Shown here piece by piece: positions 24,205 to 36,382 of a DNA stretch of 64,000 bases. Source of the stretch: Pachysolen tannophilus NRRL Y-2460 (taxonomy: Eukaryota); contig KV454012.1 of NCBI GenBank assembly GCA_001661245.1, positions 1,600,418-1,664,417 on the forward strand, read 5' to 3'. Under the pieces are notes generated by a model that had not been told where the DNA came from, did no database searches, and worked only from the letters and a program-made list of their open reading frames with translations. How positions within the stretch are numbered: position 1 is the first letter of the stretch; the number at the start of each line of letters is the position of its first letter. The position numbers and the translations under genes were made by a program.

Positions 24205-25245
24205 ATGATATCTATGATGTCTATGATGTATTTGAGAGTTTCTACGAAAAAAGTTTTAAGGCCGAGTGTGGTTGTTGGTTTACGTTCTGTATATGGTTGT
24301 TCAATCAGATTAAACTCATCTCATTCGATCAAAGGGATTAAAAATAACAATAATAATAATGAAGATATTGATGATTTTGGTACTCCGAGTAAATTAGCAT
24401 CATCTTCGAATTTCCCATATGTTGAAGATCCAACAAGAGTGAATAAGGATATTAAGTTGAAGGCAAAGATAAAAGAAGAAAAAGAGGAATCAGTTGGGTT
24501 TGTTTTACCAAAATGGAAAGAAACAGTTGGTGAATCTCTTATATCTGTATTTGGTATTGATATGGATAATATTAGAGCAGGATCAGTTGGTGGATCAAAA
24601 TATTATTATATGTGTAAAGATCAAGGTTTACAATTTGCTAAAGAAGATTTATCTGAGACTGCTAAATTTTATTATGAAACTTTACAATTACCTAAAACTT
24701 TTTCACAATGGTTTCAAATTACATCATTACATATTTGGTTATTATTTGTTAGAATGAGAGCTATGCCTTTTAAATATGGGAAAAATTATCAACAAAAATT
24801 GGTTGATCGTTTTTTCAAAGATATGGAACTTAAATTAAGTGAAGAAATGAATGTACAATCAGGTAGAATTATTGATTCATATTTAAAAGATTTTAATGAT
24901 CAATTAAAAGGTGTTGTTTTATCATATGATGAAGGACTCGTCACAGATGATGCTACTTTAGCTGCTGCAGTTTGGAGAAACTTATTCAACGGTGAAAAAG
25001 AAGTTGATTTAGTTCATGTCGAAGCTGTAGTTAGATACATCAGAATGCAATTATATGTATTAGATAATATGAGTGATAGAGAATTTGGATTTGGTGACTT
25101 TGAATTTGTTAAACCAAATGAAGTTGTAACACCATTAACCCCAGAGCAAGAACAGGTCATTAGACAAAAGGCAAAAGAGAGATACGAGAGAAGTGATGGT
25201 AAACAATTACCAAGTATGAAATCAAAACTTTCATTGGATTATTAA
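24205..25245 (+). CDS. CBP3: Cytochrome b assembly chaperone Cbp3
   Basis: LPKTFSQWFQITSLHIWLLFVRMRAMP and YDEGLVTDDATLAAAVWRNLF. The start Met is uncertain among several. Confidence 0.93.
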   Translation: MISMMSMMYLRVSTKKVLRPSVVVGLRSVYGCSIRLNSSHSIKGIKNNNNNNEDIDDFGTPSKLASSSNFPYVEDPTRVNKDIKLKAKIKEEKEESVGFVLPKWKETVGESLISVFGIDMDNIRAGSVGGSKYYYMCKDQGLQFAKEDLSETAKFYYETLQLPKTFSQWFQITSLHIWLLFVRMRAMPFKYGKNYQQKLVDRFFKDMELKLSEEMNVQSGRIIDSYLKDFNDQLKGVVLSYDEGLVTDDATLAAAVWRNLFNGEKEVDLVHVEAVVRYIRMQLYVLDNMSDREFGFGDFEFVKPNEVVTPLTPEQEQVIRQKAKERYERSDGKQLPSMKSKLSLDY

Positions 25246-25641
25246 ATGAAAAATAGATAAAATAATTTCTGGTTTTTTTCTTTTCTTTTTTTTTTTCTTT
25301 TTAACTTTCTTTTATTTGGGGAATGGAACAATATTTAATCTGGGTTTGTCAAGTCTTTACTTATTTTTTGTCTTGGAATGGTCTTTTCTAATAATTGGCA
25401 TTATTTATATCGCTCTACCCATGTATATATTATATATTATATTTGCCTAATTGATATTTATAAAACCTCTTCTTTAAATTAAACTCTTATTTTTTTAAGT
25501 AGTGTAGAACTTTTACTGTTAATTGAAAAATTTAATAATAGTAAAATGGAATAATTAAGTATTGATTTCAATTTGATTAAAAAATATATCGACAATAAGA
25601 TATATTATTGAGTTGAGCGAGTAAGAGGAAAGGAGAAGGAG

Positions 25642-26379
25642 ATGAAGTTAACTCCTCAGTTGTTGCTTTCGGCACAGTCTTATCTTAATCCAGTTGGAGA
25701 TAGAGTAATTATTCTTCGTGGTTTAAAAATAAATACAATTGAAAATTTTGGTGTTACCAACGATTCAAATGAAACAGTTGATCTTACAGATAATGATATA
25801 GCAATATTAGGGAATTTTCCTCATTTATTAAGATTAAAAACTATATTAATTTCAAAGAATAGAATAGATACTATTCTGGAGAATTTAAATAAAAGTTTAC
25901 CGAATTTACTGACTTTACAATTAACTTCAAATTATATTAAGAATTTTTCACAAATTGAACCTTTAAAGAATTGTATTAATTTACAAAATTTATATTTAAA
26001 AGATAATCCAATTTGTGATTTAGAATATTATAGATTATGGATAATATGGAGAATACCGTCTTTAAAAATTTTAGATTTTGAAAAAATTAAAGATAAAGAA
26101 AGAAATTTAGCCAAAAAATTATTTGGAGAAGATGATAATAACAATACAGAATTAGCTTTAAAAATTTTATCAGAGGACAAGGTAAATAAAAATAGTCAAA
26201 GTGGTCTGGATATTGGAATTGGGAAAGTTGAATTGGCAAAAGAAGAGAAACAATTGAATAACTTGGTAAAGAAATTAACAGATGAGGAAAGAAAAAAATT
26301 ACAACAAGAATTAATAAATGCTACTAGTTTGGTGGATATTGAAAGAATTGAAAATGCTTTGAAAAATGGCTACATTTAA
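25642..26379 (+). CDS. LEA1: U2 snRNP A' (LRR protein)
   Basis: MKLTPQLL, LRR units (DLTDNDI..LGNFP..LRLKT), YRLWIIWRIPSLKILDFEKIK. Confidence 0.92.
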   Translation: MKLTPQLLLSAQSYLNPVGDRVIILRGLKINTIENFGVTNDSNETVDLTDNDIAILGNFPHLLRLKTILISKNRIDTILENLNKSLPNLLTLQLTSNYIKNFSQIEPLKNCINLQNLYLKDNPICDLEYYRLWIIWRIPSLKILDFEKIKDKERNLAKKLFGEDDNNNTELALKILSEDKVNKNSQSGLDIGIGKVELAKEEKQLNNLVKKLTDEERKKLQQELINATSLVDIERIENALKNGYI

Positions 26380-26513
26380 ATTTGAACTTATAGAATCATG
26401 TATAATCAACTATATTGTATGAATGAAACAGCTTTTTGTAAAATCCAAAAGTATAAAAGTAATAAAAAAAAAAAATCTAAAATGTACAATATAAAAAAAC
26501 AAATTACAAGAAA

Positions 26514-29500
26514 TCAACTAAGAATATCACTGATAGAAATCTTATGACTATTCTTTCTAGCTTCATATGCCTGGCTTGCAATGTATTCATTATTGACTTG
26601 GGGTTCTTCTTCTTTCTTTTCTTGAACTATATTGTTTGCAATCACTACATTTGGAATGGAATTTTGAATAACATTCAGTGTGACATTTGGAGCAATAGGA
26701 GGAAGTACAACACTGCTATCTCTAGGAGTTGGATCAAATGGCCTATTAACTAATTTGAATAAATCTTTGGCATTATCAGCATAATGCAAATAATTTTCAT
26801 GTTCCTCTTGGAAATTTTTGTTATGTTGTAAAGAGTAACAAGAATAACATAATTTTGTTTCATTTGATTCAAAAAAAATTAATGATCTCGTAGTATTGCA
26901 CTTTCCACATCTATCCTCTTCACCATCATGTTTATCAAGTTCTGATTGCAGTGGGAAATCTGGTAAATAGTTTGAAATTTTACATAAATTTTTATATTGG
27001 AAATATCTATCTCGAATAGCCGTGGAATTAGATGATCCAGAAAATTCAGATCGATCAAATTTCTTGAAATCTTGAACATACAAAGATATCAATGGAAGTT
27101 CCTGTTGTAATTTAACATTCATCCTCTTCGCAGGTATTCTTAATGGCACAAAGTTTGGCGGAGGAAATTGATGGGAATGATTAGAACAAATTATAGTTGG
27201 ACGAGGAATTCCATAAACAAAATCATTAATCTTGATGCAATTTTTATCCTTTTGATCACAAGGTTCAAGCATGAACCCAACGAAAAAATTTGGAGTATCT
27301 AAAATACATGTAATATGAGCTTCAAAATCGCAGCAACAACATTTAACAATAGAACCATTTTTAACATTGCATAGTCCACATCTTTTCTCTATATTTTTGA
27401 ATAAAGTTAAGGATGTATTTTGAATAGGTTCCAAACTGTTAACATCTTCAAACCTAATATCCTCAGTAAATAATGCACAAAGAACATGACACCAAAAATT
27501 ATTAGAGGTTCTTTTCAATGCATCTGGGAATGTGTTAGGATTGCCTGCCAAGGCATTTCCGTAATCAGTTTGTCTTGAAGGGCATAAGCAGCATGAATAA
27601 TAAGTTGATATGACAGGATTTAAATCGTTTGAACAGACATCACATGCCCATTTTTTTTCAAAGCTGAAGCTTCCATCGGATTTGTTATTGTTATTGTTTA
27701 ACTTGATACCATAGCAAGAACTGTGTACGTTTAACCCACAATTGAAGCAAACCAAAATTTCCTGAATACTATCGTTTGACCTGCATATACAACATGGTCT
27801 AGAAGCGGGATCAAACAATGGCAATTTGCTGAAATTAGTTGCTAAAGTATTTGATGTAGCTCCATTAGTATTGCCATCATTGGTTTTGTTTGTTTCAGAA
27901 ACCGAGAACACCTCTGATGATTTAATTTCTTTGAGAATGTCATTCGGTAATATATAATCTGAATCTATATGATTTCCATTTGAATCCAAAATTTTTTTCT
28001 TTTTGTCTTCCAGTTTAACCTTTTTGGATTTCAGTTGCTTTTTAACATTGGAAACCTTATCTTTACCATTGTTTGAGAGTTTAGTTTCATTCTCTTCCTC
28101 TTTTACTTTCTTTTTCAAGGATTTATTTGCTTCCTTCTTGAAATTTAATACTACTTCAAAAGTTTGTTTGCCATTTTTATTACTCGTTGATTTTTTATTA
28201 GGATGCTCTTCTTCAGATTTTTTATCTTGTTCACTAACCAGAGAAATTTTTCTCTTAGCTGAAACACTGCTACCATTACCATTTGATTTCAATTTTTTCA
28301 AATTGTAATTTGCCCCATTAATTATTTTTTTGTTACCATTTCTTGCCTCTGTAATCTGTTCACAATCAACCAATAATTCACTTTCAATTTTTCTTTTCCA
28401 ACCATTACCTCCCCTCTGTTGCTGTTTTCTTAAAACCTCGTTTGGTTCTTCCCAAACAACAGCATATCTTCTCCATAATCTCGCACATCTAAGGCATAAT
28501 CCAGTAACTGTTTCGTTACTATCAGCTGGAGCCTTGTTGTAGCCTGATACTCTGAACCACTGTAAGGAGGTTTGCGTATGACAATGCTTACACTCACAAT
28601 GTCTTTTTCCTTTCAGCAATTTAGAAGTATCATACGAAGAATCATCACCTGAATCAGCAACTTCGTCCACCAATCCATGGCTTGCGTCCTTATTCAAGTT
28701 TTTCAACTTGTTCTTAGCACGGCCGGGATAATTTCCCCATATCAGACGTCCATTTGGAGTTTTCTTCCAAAGGTAATAAAATCGGACAATGGCACCAGCA
28801 GATTGAGTTCCAACCTCCTGATATACAGGATATAACTCACTACCATATTTTTTAACTGCTTCTTCAAATTTTTTAATTTCTTCTGGTGTTAAAGTTGGTT
28901 CTTTTAACGAATCTCTAGTTAATTTCAAAGCTTCTTGGAAAGCTAGGTCTGAATTATAATTATTATCTAACAAAAATTTCAATAATGCATCTATGAAGTT
29001 TGGTGTATGTGGAGACAAATTTAAGCTCTTGGCAATGGGTGAACATCTTTTAATGAAATTCTCAACATTTTCCTGTTGTGATTCTGACTCAGGCTCTTTC
29101 CACATTAAAGTTGATGTATTACCATTCCCTCTTTCTATATAACCATTTGGTCTTTCTATGAGCCATGGAGGATAATCTTTTGGATCAACGTTTTCAAATT
29201 CTTGTGGTATTTTTAAAAAAGGTTGTTTTAATTCAGGTTCTTTTATTGGTGTTGGAGAATTTTTCTTTTTATTATTATTGTTCCCGTTATTGCTAGTATT
29301 ACCACCATTTGATTTTTTCCGCTTGTTATTAAGTTGATGTGATGAAGAAACTTGAGACCCATCACGATCATAATATTGTAAGTGATGTCCATACCACTCT
29401 GGAATGTTACTAGCTTGATGTTTTGAACCTAACCGAGAAGCTGCTCTTGCATATGGGCTATCTTGTAAATCTAATGCATCTTCTAATCTAGCATGTACTC

Positions 29501-30941
29501 CCAAATATCTATAAGGCCATTCTTCTAAATCACGTCTCTGTTTCAAGGTTAATTTTTTGTCCTTTGATAAGAATTCAATTGCTAATAATTCATATTTGGG
29601 CAATGGCTTTGTCTTTTGGTTTCCATCTGGTGTTTGATTTGTTTCTTCAATTTTCTCCAACTTTAACTTTTCTTCTTCTCCTTCAGAGGATGTACTGCTA
29701 TTATCTTTATCTTTATCTTTATATTTTTCTTTTTCTTCTTCAACTTCAGCACTTGAATTTCTTGAATTTGGTTTTATAAAATCCAATAAATCACCTCTAT
29801 CTTCGCTTAATCTTTCTTCTAAATCTTTATTACAACTTGCACAAGACCATCCAAAACCTCTTTGTGGTTTTCTCATTAATGGTGGATCAAGACATAGCAT
29901 ATGATAAAATTTTCCACAATTAACACAAGTTACAGAATCAACAGAAGAGCACCATTGATAACATTTTTCACAATTTTTAGGATCTGCTAATAAATCTTTA
30001 CCACGACCTAATTCAACAAAAACATATGGGAATCTTTTATTTAAAGCTTTATAATAATTTTGAGGTAAATTAGTTAATTTTTCTGTTGGTAATACTTCAT
30101 AGTATCTAATCATATATCTATCATATAATTTATCAAAGAAAAAATTATTTGGTTGTGATTTATATGAATCTAAATCATCTATTTCAGATTTATGTTTTAA
30201 ATGGACTAAACCACGATAACTTTGTAAAGGACAAATATCATTATGCATTGTAGCATATAATAATCTTGAATCATTTGATTTTTGATTAAGATCTCTTGGT
30301 CTATAATACCAATTTATTTGAAACAGATAATTTGATGCATTTTTTGTATTATTATTTTTATCCTTTTTAGTGAACCCTAAGATCCTTCCTATATAATAAG
30401 GTTCTCCAGGAGGTTCACTAATCATATATATGCAATCATTTTTATGTAATTTAAAACCATCCAGCAAAATTAATGTATTATGTTCAACTTTAGCACTTTT
30501 CAAATCCAAGATATTATTAAAAATATGTGATTTTTTAAATGGAGGTTGCCAATTCCAAGGTATAGCATTTTCTTCATTTATAAATTTTTCTTGTATATTT
30601 TGTTGAAGATCAGTTGATGAATGATTTCTTGACTTGTTTGAAGTAGAAGTTGATGATGAAGTAGAAGATGAAGAAGATTTGGTATTACTTCCAGACTTAC
30701 TACTATGTTTCCCATTAGAATTAGCACCAGCACTAGCACTAGCACTAGCACTAGTATTCCCATTAACATTCCCATTCCCATTATTATTCTTATTCTTTCT
30801 TGAAGAAGGCCTTGAAACTTGGTTATCAAAAGGATCATTTTCACCAGTCTCTTTATAATTGATATTTGCACTGGCAGCTTTCCTCTTTGGTCTTGTTGTA
30901 ACAACAGCACTATGACCAGATGTATCCAGCGACGGAGCCAT
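26514..30941 (-). CDS. SNT2: Snt2 chromatin protein/E3 ligase (BAH, PHD fingers, SANT)
   Basis: SEPPGEPYYIGRI BAH motif, several PHD Cys/His patterns, SANT (FEEAVKKYGSEL..IVRFYYLWKK). Confidence 0.9.
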   Translation of the reverse strand: MAPSLDTSGHSAVVTTRPKRKAASANINYKETGENDPFDNQVSRPSSRKNKNNNGNGNVNGNTSASASASAGANSNGKHSSKSGSNTKSSSSSTSSSTSTSNKSRNHSSTDLQQNIQEKFINEENAIPWNWQPPFKKSHIFNNILDLKSAKVEHNTLILLDGFKLHKNDCIYMISEPPGEPYYIGRILGFTKKDKNNNTKNASNYLFQINWYYRPRDLNQKSNDSRLLYATMHNDICPLQSYRGLVHLKHKSEIDDLDSYKSQPNNFFFDKLYDRYMIRYYEVLPTEKLTNLPQNYYKALNKRFPYVFVELGRGKDLLADPKNCEKCYQWCSSVDSVTCVNCGKFYHMLCLDPPLMRKPQRGFGWSCASCNKDLEERLSEDRGDLLDFIKPNSRNSSAEVEEEKEKYKDKDKDNSSTSSEGEEEKLKLEKIEETNQTPDGNQKTKPLPKYELLAIEFLSKDKKLTLKQRRDLEEWPYRYLGVHARLEDALDLQDSPYARAASRLGSKHQASNIPEWYGHHLQYYDRDGSQVSSSHQLNNKRKKSNGGNTSNNGNNNNKKKNSPTPIKEPELKQPFLKIPQEFENVDPKDYPPWLIERPNGYIERGNGNTSTLMWKEPESESQQENVENFIKRCSPIAKSLNLSPHTPNFIDALLKFLLDNNYNSDLAFQEALKLTRDSLKEPTLTPEEIKKFEEAVKKYGSELYPVYQEVGTQSAGAIVRFYYLWKKTPNGRLIWGNYPGRAKNKLKNLNKDASHGLVDEVADSGDDSSYDTSKLLKGKRHCECKHCHTQTSLQWFRVSGYNKAPADSNETVTGLCLRCARLWRRYAVVWEEPNEVLRKQQQRGGNGWKRKIESELLVDCEQITEARNGNKKIINGANYNLKKLKSNGNGSSVSAKRKISLVSEQDKKSEEEHPNKKSTSNKNGKQTFEVVLNFKKEANKSLKKKVKEEENETKLSNNGKDKVSNVKKQLKSKKVKLEDKKKKILDSNGNHIDSDYILPNDILKEIKSSEVFSVSETNKTNDGNTNGATSNTLATNFSKLPLFDPASRPCCICRSNDSIQEILVCFNCGLNVHSSCYGIKLNNNNNKSDGSFSFEKKWACDVCSNDLNPVISTYYSCCLCPSRQTDYGNALAGNPNTFPDALKRTSNNFWCHVLCALFTEDIRFEDVNSLEPIQNTSLTLFKNIEKRCGLCNVKNGSIVKCCCCDFEAHITCILDTPNFFVGFMLEPCDQKDKNCIKINDFVYGIPRPTIICSNHSHQFPPPNFVPLRIPAKRMNVKLQQELPLISLYVQDFKKFDRSEFSGSSNSTAIRDRYFQYKNLCKISNYLPDFPLQSELDKHDGEEDRCGKCNTTRSLIFFESNETKLCYSCYSLQHNKNFQEEHENYLHYADNAKDLFKLVNRPFDPTPRDSSVVLPPIAPNVTLNVIQNSIPNVVIANNIVQEKKEEEPQVNNEYIASQAYEARKNSHKISISDILS

Positions 30942-31028
30942 GATAATAGCTTATGTGAAAATAGATATATGTATAGATATATATATGAATATATATGAAT
31001 ATATATCTATACTTGTAAATTATATTTG

Positions 31029-31074
<46 letters not shown>

Positions 31075-31492
31075 NNNNNNNNNNNNNNNNNNNNNNNNNN
31101 NNNNNNNNNNNNNNNNNNNNNNNNNNNNNNNNNNNNNNNNNNNNNNNNNNNNNNNNNNNNNNNNNNNNNNNNNNNNNNNNNNNNNNNNNNNNNNNNNNNN
31201 NNNNNNNNNNNNNNNNNNNNNNNNNNNNNNNNNNNNNNNNNNNNNNNNNNNNNNNNNNNNNNNNNNNNNNNNNNNNNNNNNNNNNNNNNNNNNNNNNNNN
31301 NNNNNNNNNNNNNNNNNNNNNNNNNNNNNNNNNNNNNNNNNNNNNNNNNNNNNNNNNNNNNNNNNNNNNNNNNNNNNNNNNNNNNNNNNNNNNNNNNNNN
31401 NNNNNNNNNNNNNNNNNNNNNNNNNNNNNNNNNNNNNNNNNNNNNNNNNNNNNNNNNNNNNNNNNNNNNNNNNNNNNNNNNNNNNNNNNNNN
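31075..31492. other. Assembly gap (418 N) flanked by long (TA)n microsatellites
   Basis: N run, with (AT)n at about 31031-31071 and 31494-31529. Confidence 0.99.
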
Positions 31493-31536
<44 letters not shown>

Positions 31537-32973
31537 AATGGTTAAAATAATAACTTGATTTTTTTTTTCTGGTTGTGGTGTTTCAAATAGCACCTGAGAG
31601 TGAAAAAAGAATAAATGGTGAAAAGAGTCAAAGAAAAAGGAAAAAACTACGAAACCCAGTTTAAAGATTCAATAGTTGGAAACCAGTTAAAGTGATAACA
31701 AAGGCCCAAGTAAGATTAGATTTTTGTTTAATATATATTAAAACCCTTTGATGTATAAGTATAGTTTTAGTTAATATTTATCAATAATGACGGTACAAGT
31801 ACTTTCCACCAGAATCATTAAAAAGAAATAATGATTTTTACAATTAAACAAAAAAAAAAGAAAAAAAAATTCTACAACTCCAACTTTTGGCACTACTATA
31901 AAATTATTATTTCAATCCATGGTTAAAATCTATTATTTCAAATGATTAAATTTTCAGCGCTCTTGTGGAACTAATTTCTTATTTGTTATAACGATCATTT
32001 TAACATAGAGAGAAGGTGAAGAAACTTAAAAAGAAAAATGACTTTAAATGAGAAGAAAAAACAGTGGTAGTTCGGATTCAACACAAATGTCCAAATCAGG
32101 AAATAGGTATTTTCCATCTTTTTTCCATCTTTTTTGCTTGAATACCACCGACAGCAATGAGTGAAAATGAGTAAGTTTGCAACAATTTTCAATAAGTGGT
32201 TGTTTGTATTGATGAATAGTTTGGTAATAGTTATAAGTTAATATATGGTTATTTTTTTATGTTTTCTGCTTTTTTGGCAAGAAATTGGTTTGAAAAGTAT
32301 GAGTGGTTAAATTGAGTTGATGTTACGCTTGATTACCATTGTAGACCATTGTAGTGCTCTATAATTTTTTTTCTTTGACAATAGATATTAATTAATCTAT
32401 CTCCAGAATTTATCTATCTATATTTGGGTATACAGTGGAAATAGCTGTTGTTGGTATAAGAACAAATTGGTTTTCTTCTTTTTTGATTTTGTTTTTTATT
32501 TTTAATTGTGTGCGGCTCATGCAATAAGATGTGGTTAAGTTTGTTATTAATATCGCAGCACTATTGAATGAAAAAAAAAAATCCAAACTCAGTTACAGTA
32601 ATTTGATCTTCATACTTATGGCCTGCTATGAGAGAACCAGTTTACAATAAACTTTTTTTTTTCTGCAAAAAACTCTAAAAGTAATTGAATTGGTATTGTT
32701 TTGTGTTGGTAAAATTGATCATCACCTTCTAAAAGAGAAAGAGAAAAAGAAAAAGAAAAAGAACAGCAGAAACGTCGTGTTCCATAATTCCAATTTCCGT
32801 TTTTGGAAATGATTTTTTTCACCAAATTTTTTTTTTTTTTAAACATTTTTTTTTTTGAACTTTTTTTCATCGACCAATACATTTTTTTAACCAAGGCTAA
32901 GGCTGGTAGTATATAATAATAGGTGTGGGTTTATAATAGCTTTTTAAAAACTTGATAAAACTTGATATCAAAA

Positions 32974-34332
32974 ATGTTGAGGTCAGGTTTAGAGCCTGTG
33001 ATTGTTAGACAACCAAGATTATTTGGTAGGGCGATTTCTACAAGGGTAAACCCTGTATTGGCTGAAAATGAAAAAAAACTTAAACTTTCATTTAGAAAAG
33101 TTAATAGTAATGCTGGTGGTAAGAAAAGAAAAGGTTCAGGTAATCATAAGAGTTTTAAAGATTTGATTATAGCTTCGAATTTTAAGCAGTACCTGAAACA
33201 AACTGAGGGTGGTCAAACTTTGATAAATGAACTTTTACCATTTATTGATTCACAACAAGATTTTAAAATTGATGAAATTTTATCTTATCCAAATCAATCT
33301 TTAAAATCATTATATCATTTTGGTTCTTTTAATCATAATCAATATAATGAAATTAATTTTAAACCTGTATCTCTTTCAAGAAATTCAACAACTGTTCCTA
33401 TTTTAAATTTTTTAAAAAATTCATTAAATAATTGTTCGATAAATAATAGATTAATAATTACTGGAGGAAAAGGTGTTGGTAAATCAACTTTATTAACTCA
33501 ATTCCAATCATTAGCTAAATCTTCAAATTCTATAATTTTACCAATAAGTTATTGTGATTCTTTAATTGATGGTTCTAATGATTTTATTTATGATCAAACT
33601 TTAAAATTATATCATCAACCAATGTATTTAACAAGATTATTAAATAAAATTAGAAAAGGAAATGAATTAGAATTATCATTATTAAAATTATCAAAGGATG
33701 TCAAAATTTCAAATATTATATTTGAAGCAAATAAAACTTCTTTAAATGAATTTTTATTAAAAAGTAAATCAATGAAATTGGAATTTAAATTTAAATTTTT
33801 TGAAATTTTAATTGAAGAATTATCATTACAAAAAAAATATCCAGTATATTTAACAGTTGATAATTTTTCAGCATTTGCAAGCTCACCTTTTACAAAATAT
33901 AGAAATGTCAATAATAAACCAATTTATTTCACAGATTTTTCAATTGCTAAAAATATAATTGATTTTGCAAGTGGTAAAAAAATATTTAACAGAGGTGGTA
34001 TAGTATTATCAACATCAGGTATTCATAGATCAAATGATACTTTAAATGTACTGTTGAAAAAAATAGAACCAGATCCTTATGCTCCTTTCTATAAATTTGA
34101 TCCAAAATTAGCATCAATCTTATTAGAAAATAATGGCTTGAAAGAATTGAATGTTCCAAAATTTAATAAAGATGAATTAAAAATTATGTTAAACTATTTC
34201 TGCACAAATGAAATTATAGAACATGAAAATGATTTACAAGATATTGAAAAATTGTTAAACTCCAAATACATTCTTAGTGGTAATGGTAATCCAAGTGAGT
34301 TTATAAAATCTTGTGTTGTTAACTATCATTAA
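32974..34332 (+). CDS. RSM23: Mitochondrial ribosomal protein mS29/DAP3
   Basis: P-loop ITGGKGVGKS, YHQPMY, PVYLTVDNFS, SGNGNP; next to SNT2 and CEG1. Confidence 0.88.
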   Translation: MLRSGLEPVIVRQPRLFGRAISTRVNPVLAENEKKLKLSFRKVNSNAGGKKRKGSGNHKSFKDLIIASNFKQYLKQTEGGQTLINELLPFIDSQQDFKIDEILSYPNQSLKSLYHFGSFNHNQYNEINFKPVSLSRNSTTVPILNFLKNSLNNCSINNRLIITGGKGVGKSTLLTQFQSLAKSSNSIILPISYCDSLIDGSNDFIYDQTLKLYHQPMYLTRLLNKIRKGNELELSLLKLSKDVKISNIIFEANKTSLNEFLLKSKSMKLEFKFKFFEILIEELSLQKKYPVYLTVDNFSAFASSPFTKYRNVNNKPIYFTDFSIAKNIIDFASGKKIFNRGGIVLSTSGIHRSNDTLNVLLKKIEPDPYAPFYKFDPKLASILLENNGLKELNVPKFNKDELKIMLNYFCTNEIIEHENDLQDIEKLLNSKYILSGNGNPSEFIKSCVVNYH

Positions 34333-34534
34333 GAGTGTATATATATATATATATATGATTTTTACTCTTTATTTTTACTTTTTTTTTTTTCTATTTTCCA
34401 TTTTCCATTTTCTTTACTTTGTAAATAGCTTTTCAATAATAATATTAATAACATATATAAATTCTAAACATATAATACAATTAGTGCAAAATAAAAAGAA
34501 AAAGAACAGAACAGAACAGAACAGAATGAAAATA

Positions 34535-36115
34535 TCAAGTTTTTTGTCTTTTAGTGTCTTCATGATTATCGCTGTCTCCGTACTTTGGAGAAACAGATTT
34601 CTCATATGTAGGAATATCGTCAAAATCGTTATCGTCATCGTCGTAATTATCATCTTCGCTAAACTTTCTTTTTGGGGCTTGATTCTGTGGTGAATTTTGA
34701 TCTTGTAGTTCTTGATGTTCTTTATTTTCTAATTGCTTTGGCTGCAAAGGTTGTTGTGGATGCGGTTGCTCTGCGTGACTATGATTTCCATCACGATTTA
34801 CATCATGATGATCATCTATATTATGACCATCTATACGATGACTTTCATCATGGTGATTCTGATGATGATAACCATTATCAGTATGACTATTAACATGTTC
34901 AGCTGGATTTTTTTGACGTAAAATTCTTGCCTTATCAGCTTCTTTTCTTCTTTGTTCTCTTTCTTCCCAATTTTTTCTAATTTGTGGCTCTGCTTCAATT
35001 AATTCTTCTCTTTTAACAGAATCTTGAATACTATTTAAAATCTTAAGTACAACAGAAGAATGATTACCATTAGCTTTATCATCTCTAAATCTTAACATTC
35101 TCCACCTTCCATTTTGATCTTTTCTCGCTTCCACTATTCTACCATTTAAAGGTTCATTCAATTTTTGTAAAGATTCCCATTCTTTATCATCAATATATAA
35201 TTCAGAATATTCAGAATAATTATTAAAAGTATGTTTAGAATCTTGTCCCATATCATCACCACCTTCCCATATTAATAATTTAAAAACTGGCATAACATCA
35301 TAATTTTTATAAAATTTATCAGGATCATGTTCAGGTAAATCGGGATCTTCAAAAATCGGTATTTCTAATTTTATCTTAAAATCAATTGTATTTTCTTCAG
35401 CAGGTTTCCATTTTAATAAAGTAGGATCTGAATTTGATACATATGGTGTTTCACAACAAGTAAATATTAATCCATCACTTATATATGTTAAATTTTTCAT
35501 TTCTTTAAAGATTTTTGAAACTTTATAAGATTGTGTCATATTTTTAAAATCAATTTTAAACGGAAAATCAACACATCTATCTGGAAATTCTTTTCTCATT
35601 TTTTGGAAAGGAAGATAAAAATCATGTTGAGCTAAATATAATCTTTTACCTAAATTTTTCATCATTACTGATCTTTTATTCATAGAAAGACAATCAAAAA
35701 TCAAGTACCTCAATTCTTTTAATTTAGTTATTGGATTAGTACTAATAACCAATTCTCCATCTAATATAGTACCATCATGTGGCTCAGCAAAATCTGCTGT
35801 ATTTGTTGGAAAATGAAATCCTTCAACCAAATGATACTCATTCCCTCTTGTAATTAAAAAACAACCTTCTTCACCAGTTTCCTTATTCACTAGCGCTAAT
35901 AATAAACATCTTAATCCATCTGATTTTTCACAAACAAAATAATCTTTTTTCATTAAATTCTCTGGAATATGTTTTCTTTCAAAACTCACTGGTTGAGAAC
36001 CTGGGAAATCATTTCTTCTACAATGTAAAATTCTTGAAACTTCCAATTTTATTGAATCAGATACATCTTCTGGTATTACCACACCAGGTATCTCGGGCAT
36101 TTCTCTATCATCCAT
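34535..36115 (-). CDS. CEG1: mRNA capping guanylyltransferase
   Basis: FPGSQPVSF, KSDG motif I, DGELV, DGLIF, LLKWKP and RDDK..GN. It has a His/Gln/Asp-rich tail. Confidence 0.95.
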   Translation of the reverse strand: MDDREMPEIPGVVIPEDVSDSIKLEVSRILHCRRNDFPGSQPVSFERKHIPENLMKKDYFVCEKSDGLRCLLLALVNKETGEEGCFLITRGNEYHLVEGFHFPTNTADFAEPHDGTILDGELVISTNPITKLKELRYLIFDCLSMNKRSVMMKNLGKRLYLAQHDFYLPFQKMRKEFPDRCVDFPFKIDFKNMTQSYKVSKIFKEMKNLTYISDGLIFTCCETPYVSNSDPTLLKWKPAEENTIDFKIKLEIPIFEDPDLPEHDPDKFYKNYDVMPVFKLLIWEGGDDMGQDSKHTFNNYSEYSELYIDDKEWESLQKLNEPLNGRIVEARKDQNGRWRMLRFRDDKANGNHSSVVLKILNSIQDSVKREELIEAEPQIRKNWEEREQRRKEADKARILRQKNPAEHVNSHTDNGYHHQNHHDESHRIDGHNIDDHHDVNRDGNHSHAEQPHPQQPLQPKQLENKEHQELQDQNSPQNQAPKRKFSEDDNYDDDDNDFDDIPTYEKSVSPKYGDSDNHEDTKRQKT

Positions 36116-36382
36116 CTTGAGCTGCCACAATCTCTCCAATAACTTATCTTCTATATTTAATTATTATCATTATTATATATTAAAAATATTATTATTATAT
36201 TTATTTATACTTGATTACACAATAAGTTGAACACCACCAATTTGGAGTTGGGTTTGAACACACTACCAAAAATGTGCTCTTCGCAACGGCTTCAGTTCAG
36301 TCAAAATAAATTAAAATAAAGAAAATAAAATAAAATAGTAATAAATATATCTATATAAATTGCTATGTATAGATGTATTTGT

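Noticed and set aside
30910..31593. ORFs of YIYI/X residues
   Set aside because: They are translations of (TA)n and the N gap.
31594..32960. Short ORFs or ncRNA in the SNT2/RSM23 spacer
   Set aside because: Low-complexity ORFs with no recognisable tRNA, snoRNA or LTR hallmarks. Consistent with a long divergent promoter.
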